A DNA stretch of 64,000 nucleotides. Source: Podarcis pityusensis. Lineage: Eukaryota. Where the stretch lies: assembly GCA_964106645.2 (NCBI GenBank), contig OZ067052.1; one strand, 5' to 3'. Under the pieces are notes generated by a model. That model worked only from the letters and a program-made list of their open reading frames with translations. It searched no databases and had not been told where the DNA came from. A program made the position numbers and the translations under genes. Every line of letters starts with the position of its first letter. Position 1 is the first letter of the stretch. Shown here piece by piece: positions 37,255 through 49,200 of this stretch.

Positions 37255-40200
37255 ATAACACTAGAACTTGGGGACTTCCAATGAAGTTTAATGTTCTAAG
37301 TTTCAGGACAGATTTTAAAAAGGAATTCTTTAACTTGCTTCTAGGCAACCAGGCACAGAAGACTTTGCAAACTTGGAATAGTTGCTTCTCTCTTAAATAA
37401 AAAAAACAAAAAATCAGGCTGCTGACGTGCATCCTCAATAGTTAAACAATGGAACTCTCTCCCACAGGAGGCAGTGATGAAGGTTTTAAAAGAGGTTTAG
37501 AAATGATGGCTTTGTCTCCACAGTTAGCAGCAGCAATGCTTCTGAATACCAGCGATGGCCGCCAACTGGGATAGCTTTAGGATTCAACAAGTTCATGGAG
37601 GAGAGGGCTATCAGTGGCTACTAGCTGTGATGGCTATGAAGCCAGCAAAACCTGCTTGAACAGGGGTGACAGCAGAACAAAAGCTGGGGCTGATGTGTGT
37701 TCCAAAACTGCTGGAGAGCACCAGGTTGGCCAAGGCGCTGGATAGCAGCCTCGGGATGCCCAACCTCTCCCCAGCCACGTTCAGCTCTCTTAAAAGCAAC
37801 AGCGTTCTTTGTCATTGGAGTTGTGTACCTTCTGTGGTCTCGCTATCTGGAGCCCTATCTCCCGCCTTCAGTGCCCTATTCCTAAAGTATCTCCCTTTTG
37901 CAGACATGAAACTGCCAAGGTATGAAGATCTCCATCAGAGGCCCATCTGGGTGTCCTTCCCTCGTGTGGGGTGGGGTGGGCAGGGGACCCCAAAAAGCCC
38001 CTTTTGATTGGCACTTGCTCAACTTTTTTTCATCACCAGGGGAAGACCCTCCTCCTCTTCCTAATTTTTGTGCTTCTGCTTTTCTTCTCCCAGACCCATT
38101 TTTTGATTCTTTTAACTTTTTTATCCAGCTACAGAAGAATCTTTTTTTTTTTTTTGCTTGGTGTTTATAGTGGGTTTTGTTTTGTTTTAACTCCCAAGCA
38201 CATTGAGATGTTTGCTTAGACCTGAAAAACAGCATATGTCTGAAATATTTAAAAAGTGAGCGGGGGGTGGGGTGGGCAGAGCTGTTGCATAGCTGTCAAC
38301 TTTTCCCTTTTCTTGCAAGGAATCCTATTCGGAATAAGGGAATTTTCCTTAAAAAAAGGGAAACGTTGACAGCTATGACTGCTGTTGTGAGGTGCATACA
38401 CAAGACATTTGGTGCAGTATTTTTTAAATCCTTTTTTTTAAAAAATGATATTTATTAAAGTTTCCAATAAAAAGAACACATCAATAAAAAATTAAAAAGA
38501 AAAAAGAAAAATACACAATTCAAAAATACACAATACATAATCCAAAAAAAACAACAAACAAAAAAGAAAAAAGAAAACAGTTAAAAACAATACCACCTTT
38601 TTCATCACCATTTTTAAATTTACTTATTTTCTGGACCTCCTCATACCTCCCTCTTTTGTATTCCAGTTCAATTTGTTTGTCCAGCAATTTCTTTCCCTCT
38701 TTTTTAATCCCAATCCTTAATCTTAATATAATATAACATTAAATTTTTACCTCTTCAAAACCAAATTTCCATTTCCTTTAACTTTTTTAATCCTAATCCT
38801 TAATCTTGATCTATATATAACTTTAAAGCCTGTATAGCTAGAAGCCACTTATTTTCAATCCAACATCACTCTAACTTTCTTTTTTTTAAAGGAGGTTTTA
38901 AACCTATAACTTACAATAGCAATGAATGGTAGTTTGCTCTGTGGAGCATCCCACAGCTCAGGAGGGAGCTGGGGAGCAGTCCTTCCTCCAAGCCCTACAG
39001 AGCCACCCATCCTTCAGTCTCTGCCTTCCCGTGAGGCAGAGGAGCCCGAAGTGAGCAAATTTCCCCTCTCTCAGATCCGGGGTGGAGGGAGAATTCCTGA
39101 AAGACAGGTTTATGGCGTTACCCATGAGGCCAAGCTGGTTTTCATAAAGCCTTTTTCATGTAAGGCCCTGCTGAAATCCCTTCCATATGGGATCTCAGGC
39201 CACTTCAAAGGGGCAGTGTCAAGGGAGGCTCTGAGCATGGGAGCTTGCGGTTGTTTCAAATTAAGTTCAGTGCAATTGGATTGTGTTACCGAAGGGGCGG
39301 GCTAGCGCCTCTTTCTTCCCGCATGCAAGAAGTCATTGAGAAAACGTTTTATTCTGAAAAGGTGGCTAACCAATTTATTCAACACCGTAAATTAAGGGAC
39401 AGAGTCACCTGGGCTCCCTGAGCTGAGGATCTGGTGGGTAGCAATTGCCACGAAATAGGTACATCTGGGGACTTGACAGGTCTTGTTTTGGGTGGGGAGA
39501 TCAGCCAATGCGGTGTTGTTTGCCAGAGGCCTCAGCAAGGGATTGTTTTCTCTGCCCCAAATAAGCCCTCGCTGCTTGTTCCGGTTTTGCATTGAAATAA
39601 ATGGGACCAGGAAGTCAAGACGCAGGGCAAATCATGCTGTTGGTCTGGCCTCAATTTATCCTGTTAAGGATGCAGGTTGGCAGGCTTTGGGCCCTTTTGC
39701 AAATTGTGGATTTGTTTGGGCTTGTAGCATGCATGGGACTGCAAGACGAAATCCAGCTTTGCAAATTATACAAAAGAGCTATTGAGGATGCACGTCAGCA
39801 GCCTGATTTTTTGCTTTTTTTTATTTAAGAGAGAAGCAACTATTCCAAGTTTGCGAAGTCTTCCGTGCCTGGTTGCCTAGAAGCAAGAAATGCTTCACCA
39901 AAGGCAACTGCCTGTTAGAAAATATTTTTAAAGCTGGTGTGGTGGGATCATGAATAGTGTTGGACTAGGGCTGGCAAGGCCCTGGGTTCAAATCCCCACT
40001 CAGCTGTGAAATTCGCCAGGTGACCTTCGACCTGTTTCCCCCCCCCCTCTCTCTCAGCCTAACCTACTTACAGGGTTATTGTGTGGATGGATAAAAGGAA
40101 TCTTTTTTATATCACCCTGAGCTGATTTGGAAGAAGAGTAGAATGTGGAAAAATATTAAAGCAGTTGTTTGACAAAGTATTTTGGTGGATTAAGTAGCCT

Positions 40201-43200
40201 GGTTATAAGAAGTGTTTTGGTGGATTGAATAACCCAATTTTAATTCATGGGGCTGCAAGTTGAGGGCATACCTTTTGGGGTATATGTAGCTGTTTTTAGG
40301 CTGTGCTGTCCCAGGGAATGTTTGCAGAAAGGATCAACAATGGACAGTCAGAAACTTTTGGTTTTGTGTGTGCTTACTGCACTGGAAGTTTCTCCCACAG
40401 CCTCTTCTGTCTCTAACCAAAAAGGCACCTTGCCACCTTGATGGTTTTTGTGATGGTTTGGGCAACATGCAAATGTCATTGATTAAACGCTCAGCAGTTT
40501 GATTAGTTGTCCTGGCCACTCTTTAATCGTTTGATGACCCTGACACAGGAAGCTGCCACTGGTTCATTCTAGCTCAGTGTTTTCTACTCTGACTGGCAGC
40601 AGCTCTCCATTGTTTCAGGAGGTGGACATTCCCGCCCTTACCTGGAGATGCCGCTGGTGGTGCTCTACCTCTGAGCTACAGCCCTTCCCCCAAATTCCCT
40701 TGGCCTGCATCTCGTGCTGTAGCTTTGCTCTAGAACCAAGGGGCATTGTGAGGAGCAGATTGAGGTTGAAAGTTAGAGGAAGCTTCTGAACTGTGAGATC
40801 TGTTCAGCCTTGGAGCAGACAGCCTCAAGGGGCGGTGGGCTTTCTCCTCCACTGGAGATATCTTAAGCAGAGGCTGGGATGCTACAATTGCAACAGTCTG
40901 CATTAATTCAGAAGTGGGGTGTGCAATATGACCTTCTGAGGGCGCTTCCAACTCTGCAACGCTGATCATAGAATCATAAAACTGTAGAGTGGGAAGGGAC
41001 CCCTAGCAATGCAGGAATCACAACTAAAGCATCCCTGACAGATGGCCGTCCAACCTCTCCTTTGAAACCTGAAAGGACTTTTAATAAATAATCATTTAAT
41101 AAATATCATTAAAAAAAAAAAAGAAACCTGAAAGGAAGGAGTCTCCTGAGGGCGTCTGTTCCACTGTCAAACACCTCTTACTGTCAGAAAGTTCTTCCTG
41201 GTGTTTAGCCAGAATCTCCTTCCTTGTAACTAGGAGCCATTGGTTCAAGTCCTGTCCTCCAGAGCAGGAAGAAGACAGGCTTGCTGCATCTTCCAGCCCT
41301 TGAGATATTCTGAAGATGGCAGTTAGTTAATTTTAATGAAACGAGAGCAGTAACTTGCAAGCGCTGTTCAGCCCTGGAGGTGTAGCAGGAGTGAGTGTCT
41401 TCATGCGGCAGGCAACGATCCTGCCTTCATAGAATCTCAGGGCTGGAAGGAACCACAAGGAACATCTAGTTCAATCTCCTGCAATGCAGAAATCTCCACC
41501 CCACGTGGCGCTTGGACTCATGACCCTGAGATTAAGAGTCTCATGCTCTACCGACTCTGAGCTATCGCTTTCAAATCGCCTTCGACCCTTCTCAGGGGTG
41601 GGGAGAAGGGAATGATCACCCACCTGCAGCCTTAAGGCCTCTGGCTCCGGTGGAGGGGCTGGGGAGGGGAGACTTTCTTCTCTGATGGCTCTGTGTGGGG
41701 CTCCATCTGCTTTTCTGCCAGCCCCATCCTGCAGCCTCCAGAATGGTGGCTGTGTGCTTGCAGGAGGCAGGTGGCCCTGTGTAGCGTTTGCTGCCTGCGA
41801 TGGTGGATCAGCAGGGCGGAACTGCACATCCCCTCTGAAGTTTGTGCTCAGATGGCTGCTCCCGAGATACCAGGCGCCCTGGGGGGAAACTGCACGCACC
41901 CTGGAGGAGCCGGCACAGCGCACGGGGGCGGGGGGGGGCCTGGATCTGCTAGCCTCATGGAACATCTGTGACCCAAACTCACGCAAGGGCTCCCTCCCTC
42001 GGATCCAGGCTCTGTTCTCCCATTGCATTTGTGACATGTGTGTATGCAACACAAGGCCTCTAGGTTCATGGAGCTGTAGAGTTGGAAAGGACCCAACAGG
42101 TCATCTAATCCAACCCCCAAGTTAACCTGTTTGTTTGTTTTCTTGAAAAGAAACAAACATCTGCAGCTAGAGGGAAACCAGCAGTGCAGCCCTGCATGGG
42201 TGGGGAAGCTCAAATGAAAGGAATTGGGTAGGTAGCAAATGTTACTTATTTAAGTTGGTTTGTCTCCTCCTACCTTTCTTTGTATACTAGGTGCAGGGAA
42301 CTTTTGGCTCCTGTGGAAGCTGCTGAACTACAACTCCCAGCAGCCCCTCAGCAAGTGTGGCCAATGGGCAAGGATGGGGGTTACAGTTCAACAACTATAT
42401 ATAACTCCCGTCTGTATTGTCTACCTGGGATAGCTCAGTCGGTAGAGCATGAGACTCTTAATCTCAGGGTTGTGGGTTCGAGCAGCACCTTGGGCAAGAG
42501 ATTCCTGCATTGCAGGGGTTGGACTAGATGACCCCAGTGGCACCTTCCAGCTCTACCATTATATGATAAATGCGTCTGAATAGCAGTTGCTGGAAAGCAC
42601 AGGAAGGGAGAGGGCTTCTATGCTCAAATCCTGCTTGTGGCTTTCCTGTAGGTTGGCCACTGTGAGAACAAGACGCTGGACTGACGAGGCCATTGGCCTA
42701 CCCTATACAGAATATGCCCCAGGTGCTAACCAAAGAAATGGTTCAAAATGTGCACCTGTTGTTCATGCACAGAGCAGCTCATGTGACCCAAGGTCCGAAG
42801 TCACCCCCTCCTCCATTTTTTGTCCAACTTGCCAGCGTGATCCGCTTGTCTGTTACCTTCTCTCCTGTTGCACACCGGTGCTACTCTGGTTCCTGGGAAA
42901 CCCAAGGGCCTCTTCTGAAAAGGGATGGAAGCCCAGCACGACCCAATTCGCCTTTGAGACAGGCTGCGCTCCCAGAGTGCGGAGGCCTTTCGGAAACAGC
43001 TCGGCCGCCTTTCCCAGGAGACCACAAGCAGGGCCGTGTGGAAGACGTGGCCTTTTGAAAATTATTTTAGGAACCGGTCTCCAGAAATATCCCTGATTCA
43101 TGGGAGCGTTTCTTGGTCGATCATGAAGCGGAGACGGCCATCTGTTATCTTTCTCCAACGGGGCATTGGGTCTTGCTGAGCCTCTCCTGGAACAAGGACA

Positions 43201-46200
43201 ACTCATGCCTGTGAAATGAAACGCTGCCCACATCCTCCTCCTCCTCCTTCAGGTTGCAGATGAGGGGCTGCCCCTGGATGATGGGCTTATATCCAGCCCC
43301 CAAGCCATTCGTTCAAGTGCTTGGCATTCTCTGCAACTGGACTTCTTACAGGTGTTGCGTTGTACCCGTTCTGCAGCTGTAAGAAACCAATCACTTAGCA
43401 TGGAACTTTGGAACTCCCTGCCTATTGACATCAGGTTGGGGCGCCTTCACTGTACTCCTTTGATTTCCTGCTAAAAACATTTTTGCTAAGACAAGCCTAC
43501 CAGGCATGTGGAATGTTGGCAACTGTTTTAATCTGGTTTAAAAGTCAATCCCTCTTCGCAGGGAATTCTGGGAGTTGTAGCTCTGGGAAGAGAATAGGGG
43601 GTCTCATAACAATTCTCAGCACCCTTAACAAACTACACTTATCAGGATTCTCCGGGGGCTGTTTAAAGTAGTATGGTGCTGCTTTAATTGTATACTGCAG
43701 ATGGGGCCTGAATAAATCTATTCTTACGCTACCTGGCCCTGCACTCTCCCTTATTATTTTGTGGTCTACCTTTTTTGGGGTTGGATATTTTGGAAGCTCA
43801 TTCTCTCCTGTTGTTCCTTTTTTGCAGCTGGATCCCCAGACGGTGCAGACCAAGAACTGGCACATGGATGTGATTGAAATGAATGGGGTAAGAAGGGGAA
43901 ACGGGTCGGGTACCACGCCCCACGGTGCTTGCCCAAGATCCCCCCTTCCCTCATGCTCTCACTGCCCACCCTGGGCGCTCCTCTCCCCCACCCCACCCCT
44001 GTAGTAGAGAGTTTCTCCATTGCAGGATGTGACCTTGACCTTGAAATCTCCCTTTCAGATCAAAGTAGAGTTCTCTATGAAGTTCACCAGCCGCGACTTG
44101 AGCCTTAAAAGGACCCCATCGAAAAAGCAGACGGGAGTCTTCGGGGTAAAAATCAGCGTTGTCACAAAGTACGTTGTGATTGGGTCCGGCGGTGGGTGCA
44201 GGGCTGCCCTGATGGGGGGGCGGGTTGGTGACGTTTGGGCGGAGGGGGAGGGAATGCCAGTCTGGGCCTTTGCAATATTTGTTTGTTTATTGTAATAAGT
44301 CCTGCCTTTTCAGGTCTTCAGCCACTCGGGGCTAATAAGGTCCATAATTTTTTTTTTAAGACCCTACTGCTTGCAAACACAGGGAAGAGGCGGGCAGCTT
44401 CTGCAAGGGCCTGGCTTCCTCCGTGGTGTCCTGGATCTCTCCTGACCCATCTCTCTCCTCTTGCTCTGTCGCTTCCAGGCGCGAGCGCTCCAAAGTGCCC
44501 TACATTGTGCGCCAGTGTGTTGAGGAAGTGGAGAAGCGCGGCATTGATGAAGTGGGGATCTACCGGATCTCAGGGGTGGCCACGGACATCCAGGCCTTGA
44601 AAGCAGCCTTTGACGCCAGTAAGTTCCCCCTTGCATCTTTGCTGCTGCCATGCCAATTTCTTTCTCTATCTATCTCATGGCTTAGCCAAGGATCTCTTCT
44701 CTGAGAGCAGCCAGCCCCCAGTCTTTGTATCTGGCATTCGCACGAGTATGCTGCCACTAAACACGGAGGTTTTTATTTAGCTGTTTTCTCTAATACAGTG
44801 GTACCTCAGGTTACATACACTTCAGGTTACATACGCTTCAGGTTACAGACTCCGCTAACCCAGAAATAGTACCTCGGGTTAAGAACTTCTGGATGAGAAT
44901 AGAAATCGTGCTCCGGCGGCGCAGCGGCAGCGGGAGGCCCCATGAGCTAAAGTGGTGCTTCAGGTTAAGAACAGTTTCAGGTTAAGAACGGACCTCCGGA
45001 ATGAATTAAGTACTTAACCTGAGGTACCACTGTAATGCTTTTAGGACAGTTTTAACTGTAGCTTCTCTTAGAGCCAGCATTGTGTAGTGGTTTAAAGTGA
45101 TGAGGGTTCAAATCCCCACTCGGCCGCGACATGTGCTGGGTGACCTTGGGCCAGTCACTGCCTCTCAGCCTGGCCTACCTCATAGGGCTGTCGCGGGAGA
45201 CTAAATGAGGAGGGTGAGAAACACATATGCCACCTTGAGCTCCTTGGAGAAAAAGGTGGGATATAAATACAGCAGCAGCAACAACAACAACAACAACTGT
45301 CTTGAATTGTAATTGTTTATAGAATGTTTTAACTATTTTAGATGGTTTTTTAATTGTGTATTTGTTTCCTGCCCTGGGCTCCTTCGGGAGGAAGAACCAG
45401 GGTATAAATTCAATAATAGATAAATCATTATTATTTATTTAGCTACTTTTGTACACAGCTGCGGGCAGGATTCCTGCGTCGTAGGCGGTTGGACTAGATG
45501 ACCCTCGGGGTCCCTTCCAACTCTATGATTTTATGTTATTGGATTTCCATCAGCTCCAGCCAGCTTGGAATGATGAGAGTTGGGAGTCTGCCCACATCTG
45601 GAGGGGTACCATGATAGACACTCCTGGCTTAATAGATAAACATTTGGCTGCACCATTACGGATATTCAGTAAACACATCTGTCCAAGTGCCTAAAAGCAG
45701 CAGTCAAAATGTGGAAGTGCAATAAGGCATTGTTAATATTTGTAGAGGGACGCTGTCCAGCTTGATGAATGGGGAAAGATGTGTCTTCCAAAGACACCTG
45801 AAGCAGGTCTCTGCTGTAACAGGAGAGGGAAGAGTCTTCCAAATATTGGGGGCAGCAGCAATAAATGCCTTTTTAAACCCCCCTCCCAGTCAGTTGCCTG
45901 CCCCTAATCTCACCCTATTCTTTGCAAATGTATCTACTCCTTTTGTTTTAAAGCCAAGTAAGCTATCACCTCATCTTATGGTTCTGAAGCCAGCTGGCTG
46001 AATTGAAAAGAAGAAAGGGAATTAGCTGGATCTTGGCCTGATCTAGCAGGGGAATTCTTGAGGATGGTGGGGGTGGTTATATAGCTTCAGTGGCAGGGCC
46101 TCGGCTTTGCATACAAAGGTCCCAGGTTCAGCCTCTAGCACCTGGCAGGTGAAAAAAGAGGAAGATCAGGTTAGCAGACAATGGGAAAGATCATCTCTCT

Positions 46201-49200
46201 CTCTCTCTCTGCCTCAGACCCTGAATATCTGCTGCCAGTCAGAGTTCACAGTATTGAACTAGGTAGACAAAGAGTCTGATCTGGTATATAAGGCAGCACA
46301 TTCCCCTTCCAGCATTCCTCTTTCCTTTGTTTCAATTCTGCCATAGACAGCAAAGACATCCTGATGATGCTGAGCGACATGGACATCAATGCTATCGCAG
46401 GCACCCTGAAGCTGTATTTCCGCGAGCTCCCTGAGCCTCTTCTCACGGATCGGCTTTATCCTGCTTTTATGGAGGGTATCGGTAAGGGAGCTTGTGTTAC
46501 ATGTATTTGCAGAGATGTGGAGCAGGAATTTCTTGATACAGGCCTGGAGCTCAGGATTCAGGGAGGGGTGAGACCCTAGTCAGGACCACAAGACAAAGAG
46601 GGCAGGGGCAAGTTGTCTGTATCATTTCTCTTGCATCTGGATAGGCGTAGAAACCCCAGATACGGCCTAACAACCAACACATCTTTGCAGCACCTCTGAG
46701 TGTTAATTTCCTTTTTGTATTTTATTCTCCCCTGCCCCCAAGCCCTGCAACCAGCTCAGGGCAATATGCGTAGAGTTTATTATTTTTATTTATTTATTCA
46801 GAGCATTCATACCCTGCTCTTCAGCCCAAAATGGCTTACATACAGTCAGTTAAAACGAGACAGTCCCTGCCTGCAGGTTTACGATCTGGAAAAGCACAGC
46901 ACACAAGGAAAAAAGGACAAGGAGGGAAGAGGAAAACATAAAAGTCAGGCACCAGTTCTTAAACTGTTGCTCATATAATGCCTGTCTGGCACAGTTCATG
47001 GGTAACAGGAGCCTGGTGGAGCTGGGCTTTCAGGCAAAACTGATGGAATGAGCCCTGCTTCCCATTGCTCCCACCCAGGCAGTCTGCAGAATGGCTGCCC
47101 CTGGAAACAGTCTGATGAAGTTACCTTGTTTTATTAAGGAGGGAGGCTGTTACTTTGTGGTAGAGCCCCTGCTTAGCATGCAGAAGTTCCTAGCTTCAAT
47201 CCCTGGCAACTTATGAGTAAAAAGGAAATGAGAGAAACCTTTCTTTGCCTCAGACCTTGGAGAGATGCTGCCAGTCATTTGGACTAGAAGGACAAATGCT
47301 TTGAGCTGTCCATCTTCACAACCACCTTGAGAAGTAGACCAAAAACAGAGCATCTGGAGAGCTTCATGGCTGTCTGAGGTTTTGATGCTGAGCATTGACA
47401 GTCTGTATCTACTGCCCCTCACTGGGTCTCTTGAGAATGAGTGTGCAGTTTGGACTTTGGTGGTTCTGGGTACATTAGCAAGGCTTTTCCAGAGTTGTTG
47501 GGGTGTGGGCGCTTGCCAGCTCTCTTACTGCCACCTTTCCACCCCCAGCACTCTCTGACCCAACAGCCAAGGAGAACTGTATGATGCACCTTCTACGTTC
47601 TCTGCCTGACCCCAACCTCATCACATTCCTCTTTCTGCTAGAACACTTGAAACGGTAAGTCCCTCCTGTCTCGAGAACAGGGAGACCGAATCTCTGCAAT
47701 TGGGTAGGGCCCAGAGTACAAGGAGCCTGATATTTTGTTTCTTTATTTTATTTCTTTATTTATCTTGTTTTTTATCCTGCAGTTCGACACAGAAAGTCAA
47801 AAAGTGGCAAACAAATCAAAGTCTAGCCAACCAACATAGCAAACTTTTTTAAAAAAAAGAAATGCTAGAACGGCAAAAATACTAAATTCACTCAAGCCAG
47901 GGCCAAGCATTGGTAAAACAGTTGTTGGAAGAGGATCTAAGCAGATCGGCCAAATGAAATGATCTCTGGCTGGTGCTGAAATATTTGGCTGGTGCCAGGA
48001 GAGCTTCCATGTGGAGAGCATTCCAAGGACTGGGGGGCCACCACCACAGAAGCCCCGGAGAGGGGACCCCCACTTCCCAGACTAGCTCTGCCTTTTGGCT
48101 GCAAGATCAGCTCTTTGTGTCTCATTGGAGAGCTGATGATCCGTTGCTGGGAAGCACAAGTGTGGAGAGCACTGCTGTTGTGCTCTGGTCCTGTTTTCAG
48201 GCTTTCCCCCTAGGGCACCTGGTGGGCTGCTGGGATGCTGGACTAGGTGGGCCTGATCCAGCAGCCAGTCTCTTCTGACGTTCTTGTGTTCAGGGTCCAC
48301 AGCAAAGGAAAAAACCCCGTTCCTAATTTTCCACTTGCTTCCCTTGGGGCGGAGCAGAGTTCAGCGGCAGGTGCAACTCTCTTCATATAAGGAGAAACTG
48401 CTCGCAGACTGTCTGGAAACCTCAGCCGCCTCTATAGATCCTGAAAGGGAGATGACAGAGGGGTTTAAGGAGATGGCGCTGTCACTTAGCAGCCTGCTCA
48501 TGAGGGCTTGGATGCAGACAGGCTCCGGCCTCCTCCCTCCCTCAAGTCACTCGGCTTCTGCCGAGGACATGGAATCGATGTAGGAGCTGCGGCTTGGCTG
48601 AGTGCCGGGCAGGCCAAAAGCTCCTCTGCACCAGTGGGAATTTGGGGCTGGAATCTTGTGTTAATTGGCACATCCCTCTTCCCTGTTTTGTTTGTTAAGA
48701 ATCAAGCAGGGGGGAGGGGGGGAGAGAAGGATGATCCAGCAGCAGAAAGAGGTGGTTGTAGGACGGGGGGAGAGCAGCGCTGCGTCCTGGAAGGAAAATC
48801 CACTTGGCTCTCGGCTCGGAAGAGAGGGCACATCCAGTTCCCACATCTGTTCTGCTGGACGCCACTCAAATGGAGCACAGCTTGTGTTATTGGGGCTGGA
48901 GCGCAGCTGCCTCCTAACATGGCAATATTTTGACGCTGGTTTCCAAGGCAATAGCTGGCCATGGACCAGCACAGCCAGCAGTAGTTTCCGGGGAAGGTGT
49001 GTGTGTGCCGGAGGAAGTTTTGGATGATTTCCAGAGCCAAAACCTCAGAGGGCAAGTTGGCAGGGGGCGGGAACTGGGAAAAGCGGATGGTGCCACGTCA
49101 AGGCGGGAGTTTGAAGCTGGGATTGTGTTGCTTTCACATGTGGAAATTGTGTGTGTCCAGAATGAGGGGTCAGGCAAGGAGAAAGAGAGAGGGGGGAAAT

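Noticed and set aside
42425-42497. Apparent tRNA-Lys(CTT) gene
   Set aside because: D and anticodon arms are intact, but the T and acceptor stems are broken, there is no poly-T terminator, and it runs into a CR1-like tail with several copies, so it is a SINE head
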